A DNA stretch of 61,719 bases, the filler included, from Anaerolineae bacterium (GTDB taxonomy: Bacteria > Chloroflexota > Anaerolineae > Epilineales > Epilineaceae), in NCBI GenBank assembly GCA_029262755.1. It is 4 parts of 4 records of this genome, joined end to end, with 100 filler letters (N's around TTAATTAATTAA, not from the genome) between each part and the next. Parts side by side here need not be neighbours in the genome. Positions count along the whole stretch, not along the records: positions 1 to 18,319 come from JAJCYU010000116.1; positions 18,420 to 39,083 come from JAJCYU010000117.1; 2 more parts are not named here. The stretch is one strand, 5' to 3'. Under the pieces are notes generated by a model. The model ran no database searches, was not told the DNA's origin, and saw nothing but the letters and a program-made list of their open reading frames with translations. Position 1 is the stretch's first letter. Each line of letters begins with the position of its first letter. Positions 9,850 through 19,715 of the stretch are shown here, piece by piece. Both the position numbers and the translations under genes were made by a program.

Positions 9850-10407
9850 ATGCGTGATCGAATGAGCTCAGCATCAGCGCGCGAAGTGTCGGAAACGCTG
9901 TCCTTGCAACATAACGAGACGTCGATCGCGATTGCCACCGAGCTCTTGCGGACTCTCTCGGAGCGAGGCTGGACCTGCGCCACGGCGGAGAGTTGCACAG
10001 GTGGTCTGATCGGCGCGACGATGACGGCGATTCCGGGAAGCTCCGGTGCCTATCGAGGCGGAGTCGTCGCGTATGCCAACGCTGCCAAGGTGCAGCTTCT
10101 CGGCGTCCCTCCAGCATTCCTGGACGCCCACGGAGCGGTGTCCGCGGCCGTCGCTCGCGCGATGGCGCTAGGCGTACGAGATCGGCTCGACGCAGACGTT
10201 GCCGTCGCGGTCACGGGCATTGCGGGCCCCGGCGGAGGCGGGCCCGGCAAGCCGGTCGGTCTCGTGTGGCTCAGTTGTGCCACGGCCGAGCGCAGCCGCG
10301 TCGCACGCCACGTCTTCCCAGGTGATCGCGCAGCGGTTCGACGCGCCGCAACGGACGCGGCACTCGCCATGGCGCTGGCAACGGTCGGGGATACCGTGAT
10401 CCGCTAG
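9850..10407 (+). CDS. pncC: CinA C-terminal domain / nicotinamide mononucleotide deamidase
   Basis: ATAESCTGGLI, GAVS, VTGIAGPGGG..KPVGLV, GDR..VR. Confidence 0.9.
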   Translation: MRDRMSSASAREVSETLSLQHNETSIAIATELLRTLSERGWTCATAESCTGGLIGATMTAIPGSSGAYRGGVVAYANAAKVQLLGVPPAFLDAHGAVSAAVARAMALGVRDRLDADVAVAVTGIAGPGGGGPGKPVGLVWLSCATAERSRVARHVFPGDRAAVRRAATDAALAMALATVGDTVIR

Positions 10408-10509
10408 AAGCGCGTCCTAGAACCTCGGATACCGGGAGAAGCGCCTATCTGACGAAAGCCGAAACCAGACCCGAAAACCAGACCCAGAGTACGCTCCGGC
10501 TTTCCCACT

Positions 10510-12327
10510 CTACGCTGCGCTCATCACGGATACGAACGCATCACGATCGAGAGTCTCGACCTCGAGCAATGTGCGCGCTACGTCGTGCAGCCGGTCGATG
10601 TTGTCGGTGATCAAGCGCCGGGCCAGCGTGTGCGCCTCCGTCACGACTCGTCGCACCTCATGATCGATCTGACGCGCCGTCGCCTCGGAGTAGTTTCGCT
10701 GCTCGGAGAGTTCGCGGCCGAGGAAAACCAGCTCTTGACGTTGGCCGAGCGAGATAGGTCCAATCGTCTCGCTCATCCCATAGCGGGTGACCATGTCACG
10801 GGCCGTACGAGTGACAAACTCAAGATCGCCGGATGCGCCTGTTGAGATATCGCCGAAGACCAACTCTTCTGCTGCGCGACCGCCCAGAGCCGCGGCCAGA
10901 TCCGCTTCGAACTTCGAGCGACTACGTAGATAGGTGTCCTCTGCCGGGAGCGCGCTGGTCAGGCCGGCGGCCATACCGCGCGGGATGATCGTGACTTTGT
11001 GGACGGGGTCGCAGTCATCGAGCATGTGCATCACGACCGCATGTCCGGCTTCGTGGTACGCGGTAACCTTCAACTCTTCCGGCTCCACGACCCGGCTGCG
11101 TCGTTCCGGCCCATATCGCACCTTGTCGACAGCCTCTTGAAGATCGGGCCCTGTCACAAGCTTCGCATTGCGCCGCGCGGCCATGATGGCGGCCTCGTTT
11201 ACGAGGTTCTCAAGATCCGCACCACTGAAGCCCGGCGTCTGGCGCGCAACCGTGTCCAGGTCGACGTCCGGAGCGAGCGGCTTGCCGCGGGAGTGAATCC
11301 CGAGGATTGCCCGTCGTCCACCGCGGTCGGGGCGATCGATGATCACGCGTCGATCGAAGCGACCGGGCCGCATCAACGCAGGATCGAGAATGTCCGGTCG
11401 GTTCGTGGCGGCGATAATGATCACGTTCGTGTCCGTATCAAAGCCATCCATTTCGACCAGAATTTGATTCAATGTCTGCTCGCGCTCGTCATGGCTGCCG
11501 CCGAGACCCGCCCCACGTTGGCGGCCGACAGCATCGATCTCGTCAATGAAAACGATGCACGGGCTGTGCTTGCGCGCCTGGTCAAACAGGTCGCGCACGC
11601 GACTCGCTCCGACCCCGACGAACATCTCGACGAATTCGGAGCCGGAAATCGAGAAGAAGGGCACGCCCGCTTCCCCTGCGACCGCGCGGGCCATCAACGT
11701 CTTGCCACAGCCCGGGGGCCCCATCATCAGCACACCGCGCGGTATCTTCGCCCCTAGCGCGATGAACTTCTCCGGCTCACGCAGGAACTCGACGACTTCC
11801 GCCAGCTCCTGTTTGGCTTCCTCAACCCCCGCGACATCCTCAAACGTCACGGTTGGGGTGTCACCGGTCATCATGCGGGCGCGGCTGCGGCCGAAGGACA
11901 AAGCCTGGTTGTTGCCCGACTGCGCCTGGCGCATCAAGAACACGAGGATGCCGAGCATGAGTAGAAACGGCACCAGGGTCGTAAGCAGGGTGCCCAACCC
12001 GGCGAATCCGTTAGGCTTGTCCACGGCAAAGACCACGTCGGACTCGCGCAACGCGGCGTAGTCCAACCCCAATTGCTCGATGAACGGCTCGCCGAGCCGC
12101 TCCTTGAGCACTATGCGCCGGCTGCCGTCCGCAAGCTCGATCATCGCGCGCGACTCGTCGCCCGCGATGTTGATCCGCTCTACGTCACCGGCATTGACCC
12201 GGTCGACGAGCTCGCTTTGGCTCATCTGAAGCCGCGCGCCTCGGTCCGCCTGGTAGGCGAGCAACGCGGCGCTCATGCCGATCAGGACTACACCCCAAAT
12301 CAACCAATTTCGTCTCGAAGAGCGCAT
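10510..12327 (-). CDS. ftsH: ATP-dependent zinc metalloprotease FtsH
   Basis: Two TM helices, [45 protein letters not shown]. Confidence 0.97.
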   Translation of the reverse strand: MRSSRRNWLIWGVVLIGMSAALLAYQADRGARLQMSQSELVDRVNAGDVERINIAGDESRAMIELADGSRRIVLKERLGEPFIEQLGLDYAALRESDVVFAVDKPNGFAGLGTLLTTLVPFLLMLGILVFLMRQAQSGNNQALSFGRSRARMMTGDTPTVTFEDVAGVEEAKQELAEVVEFLREPEKFIALGAKIPRGVLMMGPPGCGKTLMARAVAGEAGVPFFSISGSEFVEMFVGVGASRVRDLFDQARKHSPCIVFIDEIDAVGRQRGAGLGGSHDEREQTLNQILVEMDGFDTDTNVIIIAATNRPDILDPALMRPGRFDRRVIIDRPDRGGRRAILGIHSRGKPLAPDVDLDTVARQTPGFSGADLENLVNEAAIMAARRNAKLVTGPDLQEAVDKVRYGPERRSRVVEPEELKVTAYHEAGHAVVMHMLDDCDPVHKVTIIPRGMAAGLTSALPAEDTYLRSRSKFEADLAAALGGRAAEELVFGDISTGASGDLEFVTRTARDMVTRYGMSETIGPISLGQRQELVFLGRELSEQRNYSEATARQIDHEVRRVVTEAHTLARRLITDNIDRLHDVARTLLEVETLDRDAFVSVMSAA

Positions 12328-12596
12328 GGGCTCGTCAACACCTTCGCGGTGGCTCGACGCAAGGAAACGCGTCGTTGCGATCCGGCTCAGCCAAGCGGCC
12401 GAACCCAAGGAAACGCAAAGATAGCATAGGGATCGTCGGAGTCGTGTGCGGCCGAAGGAGGGGGGGCGAAGGCCGCACGCTCAGGCGAGTCGGCGTACCA
12501 CCGCCGGCGCATCGATGGTCGCAGCCGCCTTCGCGTAGAGCGCGTCAATCAAGAAGAGGCAGCTACCGAGGGCGCCTATCGTTGTTTGGTAAGCCC

Positions 12597-14597
12597 TTAG
12601 GGCGCGACGACCGTGATGGGTCGAATCTGTACGCCTCGATCGCCCAGCTTCACCATGGGCGCCGTCTCGACTTGCAGACGCAAGTCGGGTGCGTCCGCGG
12701 GAAAGAGCTCAATCCACAGATGATAGGTGTCCGGGGGCACGTCCGCTGGGATGCCAAGCTCGAAGGTCGCCCCGGTAATGCTCTCGCCTTCGGTCCACGC
12801 CGAGGTCGGTCGTCCGTCGACCGGAGCACGCGCCGCCTCCGCGAAGACGACGCCCGCTCCACCGTTGAACGCCCGCCAATCCCCCACCACCATGCGCGCC
12901 TCGTAATCACGCGAGATCGGCTTGATGGCGGACCACAACGGAATCGCCTGCACGATCTGGCCGGCGGCAAGCGTATCCGTAACGAGTTGGACGCCTTCTA
13001 AGAACACACCGTCCTCGAAAGTCTCGCCGAGCGGAAGCCAGCCACCGCTGTCCACGTTGTAGATGATCTTGCTGCCGACAGGCTGCGCCGTTTCGGGAAG
13101 CGGGTCGAGCCCGATGACCTGGCCTTGCGTCGGGCTGGCTGCCCCGCGCCATATGTCACGTCGCTGTGGGATGAATCCCAGCTGGTTGAGCGCGATCGCC
13201 ATGGCGGCCGGATCGAGTTGGACGGCCGGAACGGAGATGGGGGCCTGCGCGGCGAACCGCACGCCGACCGGGGAGCCTTCCAACACCAACGTTCCCGGTT
13301 CCGGTCGTTGATCGACGACCCTTCCGACCTCGGCGCCCTGGCGCACCACCGGCTCTTCGGACGCGGAGAGGTTGATCGAATCGAGCAAATCGCGCGCCGC
13401 CTCAACGCGCATGCCACGCACGTCCGGCACCTCGACCTCCGTGAACGGCGTGGGTGTCGGCGGCACGACCGGAGCGACGGGAACGTCGCGCGGGGCGCGC
13501 GACGAGGCGTCCGCAGGATCGATGATCGCGGGCAGCCCACCCTGCAAGCGCCCAACGGCGGCCATCCAGACGAGGATAAGCCCCGCCATGGCCACCACAG
13601 CCACCACACCCAGGCCAAGTCCGCGCCAATCCAGCCGCGGCGCGCGGCCGCTCCGTGCGGGGGAATCCGCTCGCCGTCCGAAACGCGAGCCTCTGCCATT
13701 GCCGCCGGCCTGTGGAAGCATCGCGGTCACCTGCCCCGCGTCCGTCCGATAGGCCGTCAGCAGGGCAGCCAGTGCGTTTGCGTCGGGCACCCGGTTCTCC
13801 GGCTCACGCGCCATCGTGCGTTCCAGCAAAGCGGCGAGCGGCCCGGGCACCTGCGGGTTCAACTCCATGACGGGCGTCGCCGTCTCGTTCATGACCTTCA
13901 TCGCAACGGCCAGACTGGAGTCCCCCACATGCGGCACGCGGCCGGTCAGCATCTCGTAGAGCACGACACCGAGGCTGTAGACGTCCGACGCAGGCGTGGC
14001 AGGCGCCCCTGCCGCCTGCTCCGGCGCGATGTAGTGAACGGTTCCCATGACAAGGCCGGGAGCGGTGAGACCGGCTGCAGAGATCGCACGCGCAATCCCG
14101 AAATCGGCCACCTTCATGCGACCGTCCGGACCCACGAGCACGTTCTGCGGTTTGATGTCGCGGTGGACCATGCCGGCGTCGTGCGCGGCGCTGACGGCGT
14201 CCGCCAATGCCAGCGCGATCTCGACGGATCGTTCGGGGGAGAGCGGCGCTTCGTCCCGGATCAGCGCTTTCAGATCGCGGCCCGGCACATATTCCATCAC
14301 CAGATAGTGACGACCGTCTGCCTCTCCAACGTCGTGTACGCCGACGACGCCCGGATGGCTGAGGGCAGCAGCGCTGCGGGCCTCTGTGCGGAACCGTTCG
14401 AGAAATTCCGGATCGGCCGCGTACTGTTCTCGCAGCACTTTGACAGCCACGGCGCGATGCAGGAGGGTGTCCTCCGCACGCCAAACAACCGCCATGCCGC
14501 CCTCTCCGACTACGTCGAGGAGGCGATAGCGCTCGTTGAGCAGGTGCGCCCCTTGCGCACCGGCATCGCCGGCGGGGGGTGGATCGGGCTGCGGCAT
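12597..14597 (-). CDS. PknB-like Ser/Thr kinase with TM, two PASTA domains and an extra C-terminal Ig-like domain
   Basis: GEGGMA, VAVK, HRDIKPQN, DFGIA, GTVHYIAPEQ; TM; VPDVRGM PASTA. Confidence 0.92.
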   Translation of the reverse strand: MPQPDPPPAGDAGAQGAHLLNERYRLLDVVGEGGMAVVWRAEDTLLHRAVAVKVLREQYAADPEFLERFRTEARSAAALSHPGVVGVHDVGEADGRHYLVMEYVPGRDLKALIRDEAPLSPERSVEIALALADAVSAAHDAGMVHRDIKPQNVLVGPDGRMKVADFGIARAISAAGLTAPGLVMGTVHYIAPEQAAGAPATPASDVYSLGVVLYEMLTGRVPHVGDSSLAVAMKVMNETATPVMELNPQVPGPLAALLERTMAREPENRVPDANALAALLTAYRTDAGQVTAMLPQAGGNGRGSRFGRRADSPARSGRAPRLDWRGLGLGVVAVVAMAGLILVWMAAVGRLQGGLPAIIDPADASSRAPRDVPVAPVVPPTPTPFTEVEVPDVRGMRVEAARDLLDSINLSASEEPVVRQGAEVGRVVDQRPEPGTLVLEGSPVGVRFAAQAPISVPAVQLDPAAMAIALNQLGFIPQRRDIWRGAASPTQGQVIGLDPLPETAQPVGSKIIYNVDSGGWLPLGETFEDGVFLEGVQLVTDTLAAGQIVQAIPLWSAIKPISRDYEARMVVGDWRAFNGGAGVVFAEAARAPVDGRPTSAWTEGESITGATFELGIPADVPPDTYHLWIELFPADAPDLRLQVETAPMVKLGDRGVQIRPITVVAP

Positions 14598-14680
14598 GGC
14601 GGCGATTGTAGCGGAGCCCAGGGGTCGCGTGAAGCCCGAAACGCGTGACCTTTGGTCAGCCCGACGCTATCATCGCGGCC

Positions 14681-15883
14681 ATGTCTTCTCCGCCCCTGCG
14701 CCGTCCTCGAGCCCGCGTCATCGCCAACCCGGCTTCGGGTGGGTCACGCGATCATGCTGCGTCCGTGCGCGCGGCCGTCGGCGTATTGGCGGAGCGGGGA
14801 TGGACGATCGAATGGCATAACACGCAAGCGGCGGGAGAAGCAGAGGCGCTCGCCGCGGAATCCGCGCAGCGGGGCGATGACGTCGTCGTCGTGGCGGGCG
14901 GCGATGGCACGATTCACGAGGCCATGAACGGGCTCGTCGGCTCGCGCACAGCGTTGGCAGTATTGCCGGCGGGAACGGCTAATGTCTTAGCGGCACAGCT
15001 CGGACTCGTTGGGGTGCCCACTCCGCTACATCGGGCGAACCTGCCCGCTGTAGCGGAAGAACTCGCTCGGGGAGCACCGCGCCCGGTGGACGTCGGGTGG
15101 GCCTTGCCAAGGGGCGGCACCATACGCCACTTCCTCCTGTGGGCGGGCGTCGGTCTCGACGCCTCGATCGCACGCGAGATCGAGACCGAAGCGCGGGATC
15201 TGAAACGCCTGCTCGGGCCGGCGGCTTTCGGCGCGGTCGGGCTGCGGCAGACGGCGCGCGGAGACGGCGGGTCGGAAGCCATCGTCCGCTGGGACAACCA
15301 CAAAGTACGCGATCGGCTGCTGCTGGCCGTGATCGCCAACATCCCGCTCTACGGCGGTGCCTTGCGGATTGCTCCGGAAGCCCAATTGGATGATGGGCGC
15401 CTGAACGTCGCCTTGTTTCGCGGCAGCAACCTACTCACCGCCGTCCAGAGTTATTTGGGCGGGGACGTGCGCTCCGTTATGCAGCATATTACTGCGCTGC
15501 TTGGCGGCCGGGCTGAAGACTCACGGCCGATCACGGAATCCGCGGCAAACGTGCGCATCGTATCGCGCCGCCCACTGCCCGTGCACCTGGACGGGGAGCC
15601 GTTTTGTGAGACACCGGTATCGATCGGTGTGCTCGAGCGGGCATTATTGCTGTGGGTGCCGCCGACAGCGCCTGCGGGCTTATTCCTAGACGATTCGCGC
15701 ACCGTAAATCAGCAAGAGGAGCCCCATGGGGATGGGTCCGGCGAACGAAGCGCTTCGATGCGCGTTCGTGGCGGAGCCGAGGCTACTCGCGAGATTATTC
15801 TCCGGCCAGCCCGTGGCGATCGGCCGCCGTGGCGCGGTCTTTCGGGCATGGCCTTGGCGTATCGAGCGCTTCGCCGGCCGTGA
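14681..15883 (+). CDS. Diacylglycerol kinase family lipid kinase
   Basis: IANPASG, AGGDGTIHE, LPAGTANV, LDDG, HLDGE. Confidence 0.9.
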   Translation: MSSPPLRRPRARVIANPASGGSRDHAASVRAAVGVLAERGWTIEWHNTQAAGEAEALAAESAQRGDDVVVVAGGDGTIHEAMNGLVGSRTALAVLPAGTANVLAAQLGLVGVPTPLHRANLPAVAEELARGAPRPVDVGWALPRGGTIRHFLLWAGVGLDASIAREIETEARDLKRLLGPAAFGAVGLRQTARGDGGSEAIVRWDNHKVRDRLLLAVIANIPLYGGALRIAPEAQLDDGRLNVALFRGSNLLTAVQSYLGGDVRSVMQHITALLGGRAEDSRPITESAANVRIVSRRPLPVHLDGEPFCETPVSIGVLERALLLWVPPTAPAGLFLDDSRTVNQQEEPHGDGSGERSASMRVRGGAEATREIILRPARGDRPPWRGLSGMALAYRALRRP

Positions 15884-16944
15884 AGGTTCTCTATGTGTTG
15901 TTGCTGGCGGCCCCCTTCGCTTTAGCATCGCACGCCTTCGGCGGCAGTCCCTTGATGACATTCGTGCTCGGTATGGTCGCGCTCGCCCCCCTTTCCGAGT
16001 TGCTCGGCGACATCGGCGAAGACCTGGCGGTGCATGCCGGCCCCCGATTTGGTGGCCTTGTCGCCACCATGAGCGGCAACACGCCGGAGATGCTACTTGC
16101 CGTGTTGGCGCTCAACGCCGGCCTATTGCAGCTGGTCAAGGCCAGCATCACCGGCACGATCCTGGCTAACCTCCTGCTCGTGCTTGGAATCAGCTTGTTC
16201 GTAGGCGGCCTGCGCAACGGACGCCAGTACTTCAACCGCGAGCAAGCCTCGATGTCGGCCACGCTCATGGTGCTGTCGGTCATCGCGCTCATCGTGCCGG
16301 CCCTGCACTGGGCGCTCGTACCCGATGCCGCGTCGATCGTGCGCAATGCAGGCACGGTTGAGACGCTCTCCGAGGCCGTAGCCGGCACGATGCTCGCGGT
16401 CTATGCCTTGAGCGTTTATTTCAGCCTCTACTGGGACCGGCAGAGTCAGATCGTGGCCCGCGTCCACCATCTTCGGGCGCGCTGGCCGCTAGGCAAGGCC
16501 CTTCTCCTGTTCGGGTTGGCCGTCATCGCCTTCGTGGCCGTCGGCCGGACCTTTGTAGCGACCGTGCCGCTCGTGACGGAGAGCAGCGGAATCGGACAGT
16601 ACTTCATCGGGATCGTGATCGTTCCCCTTGTGAGCTCGCTGCCTTCGCACCTGGTTGCGGTCGAGAACGCCTTTCACAATCGAGCGGATATGAGCCTCTC
16701 CGTCGCGATGGACGCCAGCATCCACATGGCGTTGTTCGTGGGCCCATCGCTCGTGTTCGTCTCTCTGCTCATCGGCCGGCCCATGGACCTGATCTTCAGC
16801 CAACTCGACCTCGTAGGATTGGCTGCGGCCAGCGGTGTCGCCACCTTGGTCGCACACGACGGCCTCGGCAACTGGCTCGAAGGAGCGATGCTGATCGCGG
16901 TATACGCGATCCTCGCGCTCGCCTTTTTCTGGGTTCCGCTCTAA
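15880..16944 (+). CDS. Ca2+/H+ antiporter (CaCA/CAX family), second signature degenerate
   Basis: GTGA overlap; SGNTPE, KASITGTILANLLLVLG, DGLGNWLEGAML; multiple TM helices. Confidence 0.85.
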   Translation: MKVLYVLLLAAPFALASHAFGGSPLMTFVLGMVALAPLSELLGDIGEDLAVHAGPRFGGLVATMSGNTPEMLLAVLALNAGLLQLVKASITGTILANLLLVLGISLFVGGLRNGRQYFNREQASMSATLMVLSVIALIVPALHWALVPDAASIVRNAGTVETLSEAVAGTMLAVYALSVYFSLYWDRQSQIVARVHHLRARWPLGKALLLFGLAVIAFVAVGRTFVATVPLVTESSGIGQYFIGIVIVPLVSSLPSHLVAVENAFHNRADMSLSVAMDASIHMALFVGPSLVFVSLLIGRPMDLIFSQLDLVGLAAASGVATLVAHDGLGNWLEGAMLIAVYAILALAFFWVPL

Positions 16945-17019
16945 GGCATCGTCGCGAACTTGGTCCCGGTCGAGGGTCGGGTCTATCATCCCACGCTTGC
17001 AACCGGCCAGGAGGACTGC

Positions 17020-17238
17020 ATGCTCGCGGACTACTTCAAAATCGCCTTGATCGTCGTAGGTGGCGTACTGATCGCCTTGATCATGCTGCAGGTGCGTGGC
17101 GGCGGATTCGGCGATATGTTCAGTGGGGACTCACTCTACCGAACGCGGAGGGGTGTGGAAAAGACGATGTTCAACATGACGGTCGTCTTCGCCACGATGT
17201 TCTTGCTGTTCTCGCTGCTTTCGGTGCTGTACAGCTAG
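17020..17238 (+). CDS. secG: Preprotein translocase subunit SecG
   Basis: 72 aa, two TM, LQVRGGGFG..YRTRRGVEK; GGAGG RBS. Confidence 0.92.
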   Translation: MLADYFKIALIVVGGVLIALIMLQVRGGGFGDMFSGDSLYRTRRGVEKTMFNMTVVFATMFLLFSLLSVLYS

Positions 17239-17265
17239 GACAGCCGACCGATCGCGGAAGGGCCC

Positions 17266-18319
17266 ATGACCGTGCTACGCAACCTGCGTTGGCAACTCGC
17301 CCTCGCTGGGGCGGGCATCGCCGTGATCGCGGTGGTTCTTGCCTTGCTATCAAACCGCGCATTCCTAGATCGTCCCGCACGGGGAGGCGAGTTCGTCGAA
17401 GCCGTCGTTGGTGCTCCGGCTACGCTCAACCCTGTATTGGCACACGGCGACGTCGAGCTCGACGTCGCCAGACTGCTGTTTAGCGGACTGACGCGAGTCG
17501 GCGACGACGGGTTGATCCAACCCGATCTAGCGAGCCGATGGACCATTAGTCCGGACGGACGCACCTATACCTTCCACATCCGAGAAAACGCGCGCTGGCA
17601 CGACGGCGAGGTCGTCGATGCCGAGGACGTGCTGGTCACGGCCTGGCTGGCGCGCGACGAAGGCGAGCGGCTCGGCACCGAGCGCAATCCCCTAGCCTCG
17701 GCTTGGGAGTTGGCTGACGTGCGCGCCATCGACGCCCAGACGGTGGAGATCGTGCTCGCCGAGCCCTTCGCACCCTTCCTCGATGCGACGACGATGGGCC
17801 TTCTGCCCGCGCACATCTTCGGGGACATCGCGCCCGATCAGGTTGCTCGCCATCCTGCGTCTACCCGGGAACCCATCGGCGCAGGGCCGTGGAAGCTCGT
17901 GCAACCCGGCGGTTTGGATTCCTCGCAGATTCGGCTCGCTCGCGTGGACGACCATTGGGCGGCAAGCGACAGGGGACCGCTGCTGGACGGCATCGTGCTG
18001 CGCTTCTACCCCACGGCCAGTGAGGCGCTCGCGGCTCTGGGCCGGCGGGAAGTGCAGACGATGGGTGGTTTGAGCGCCGATGACCTTGCACGTTTTGGCC
18101 AAGAGGGCTCCCAATACAATGCCGTGCAGGCCGACTACACCCTGATCTTCTTGAACCCTTCCAAGCAGTTGTTCAACGAGCCGAGCGTCCGCCGGGCGCT
18201 TGACCTCGGCCTCGATCGCGCGGGAATCATCGGCGAGCCCGAGTTGCTCGCAGGGCAGGGCGTGGTCGCAGACGGACCGATCCCGCCTGGCCCGTGGGCG
18301 CCATCGCCTGCCACCGGTG
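17266..18319 (+). CDS. Peptide ABC transporter substrate-binding protein (family 5), 3' truncated by gap
   Basis: LNP, LFSGL, PDLASRWTISPDGRTYTFHIR..WHDG, PIGAGPW. Confidence 0.88.
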
Positions 18320-18419
18320 NNNNNNNNNNNNNNNNNNNNNNNNNNNNNNNNNNNNNNNNNNNNTTAATTAATTAANNNNNNNNNNNNNNNNNNNNNNNNN
18401 NNNNNNNNNNNNNNNNNNN
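18320..18419. other. Artificial contig-joining linker
   Basis: N-run / TTAATTAATTAA (stops in all frames) / N-run. Confidence 0.98.
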
Positions 18420-18584
18420 GGGACGAGGACGGGGCGAGGACGAGGACGGGACGAGGGCGGGGTTAGGGCTGAAGCTAGGGCCGACGCGCAAGGCCGAACA
18501 TTTGCGCCTCGAACGCGCGCTGCGCTGGGAGCCGCACTACCGCGCCGCGATCTCGCGTCCCTAGCGCGCTCCCCGAACTCGCTC

Positions 18585-19211
18585 TTACTCCAACAACGAC
18601 GAGTCCCGCGCCGCCGTCGAATCTACCGCTGTCGCCTCTACCACCTCCGCCCACAGTCCCTCGACGTCCAGGCCGAGCCCCTCGATCTCTTCGGAGTCGT
18701 AGCGGCCGTCCGCGGCCATGGCCACGAGCCAGCGGCCTTCGCGCAGCACGAGGAACTCCGTGGCGTGCGTTTCGGGGTCGACGAGCCAATACTCGCGCAC
18801 GCCTGAGTCCGCGCATAGGCGCAGCTTCTCGCCCCGATCGCGCAGAACGGTGGAAGGGGAAAGCACTTCGACGAGCAGGTCCGGCGCGCCCTCGATACGC
18901 GTGCCCAAGACGCCGGCACGTGCGGCGGTGACCAGCACGAGATCGGGCTGCACAACCGAATGGTCGGCGAGGGCGACGTCGATCGGTGCCACGACGACGA
19001 GCGCGCCGGAGGGCGCCATGGTCTCGCGCAGCCGAGCGAAGATCTCCCCGACCACGACCTGATGGGCCAGCGTCGGGCTGGGCACCCGGTAGAGTCGTCC
19101 GTAGAGCAGCTCGTGCCGGGGTTCATCCGGCAAGCCGGCATAGTCGGACGCCCGGTGCGGGCCGAGCGACGAAGGCGGCGTGAGGGGCGCTTGCGAGCGG
19201 GTCTCGAGCAT
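18585..19211 (-). CDS. Uma2 family (PD-(D/E)XK-like) endonuclease
   Basis: ELLYG, PSP..AHQ, VQPDL, GAPDLLVEVLSPST..DRGEK, GVREYWLVDP. Confidence 0.9.
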   Translation of the reverse strand: MLETRSQAPLTPPSSLGPHRASDYAGLPDEPRHELLYGRLYRVPSPTLAHQVVVGEIFARLRETMAPSGALVVVAPIDVALADHSVVQPDLVLVTAARAGVLGTRIEGAPDLLVEVLSPSTVLRDRGEKLRLCADSGVREYWLVDPETHATEFLVLREGRWLVAMAADGRYDSEEIEGLGLDVEGLWAEVVEATAVDSTAARDSSLLE

Positions 19212-19432
19212 GAGTTTCGATCATAGCAGGCAGGCTCTCCTGGGCGATCGGGGTGTAGAGCCTACCCCGTGTAGCTCTCACGCGGGGATGGGGTTTGCGC
19301 CGATGTTGCGCCCCGATCGCGCCAGACTCGCGCTCTCACTGCGCCAGGTTCGCGCCACGTTCGCGCCTCCGCCGCGCCGTGCCCTATGCCACGTCCACGA
19401 CACGATCGTCGTCGGCGTGAGACCGTACCTCG

Positions 19433-19460
19433 GTGACGCCGCGCGCGGCGATGCCATAAT
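19433..19460 (+). promoter_or_regulatory. Putative promoter GTGACG-16-(TG)CATAAT just upstream of the 18-bp array
   Basis: GTGACG 19433-19438; TG 19452-19453; CATAAT 19455-19460. Confidence 0.45.
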
Positions 19461-19466
19461 GAGCAC

Positions 19467-19600
19467 GTCGCACGACAGGATATCGCCGCACTCCACGTGG
19501 CTTTCGCACCCCAAGGAACCGCCACACCTTAGGGATTCGGCGCACCCTACGTATCCGTCGCACCGAAAAGAACCTGTCCCGTTCAACAACCCTGTCGCAC
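19467..19600 (+). repeat. Six degenerate 18-bp tandem repeats (approx. gYCGCACcnnAnGgAtcc) plus a partial seventh
   Basis: Units at 19467, 19485, 19503, 19521, 19539, 19557; extra GTCGCAC at 19594. Confidence 0.75.
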
Positions 19601-19715
19601 GGACGCGGTCGCCATGACGCTCGCGATCGCGTTCCCTGCGGATCGCCTCGATTACCGCCAGCCGCCGGACCGCGGCGCCGCCTTCGGCGCACGCGACCCG
19701 AGCCCGGAGCTTCTC

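Noticed and set aside
10460..10486. AAACCAGACCC direct repeat between pncC and ftsH
   Set aside because: Only two short copies between convergent genes; no functional context
18320..18419. TTAATTAATTAA palindrome inside N-runs (also at 39084 and 49952)
   Set aside because: Artificial six-frame-stop linker; ORFs reading into it and synteny across it are not biological
18420..18462. GGACGA-type repeats at the contig start
   Set aside because: Low-complexity contig end, probably the cause of the assembly break
19278..19589. Minus-strand ORF with Cys every sixth residue
   Set aside because: Codons (GGT, TCT, GTA, CTA, AGG) are atypical for this genome; the periodicity follows from the DNA repeat
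19467..19600. CRISPR array (GTCGCAC resembles the 5' end of type I-C repeats)
   Set aside because: The 18-bp period leaves no room for repeat plus spacer; no ATTGAAA(C/T) end and no cas genes
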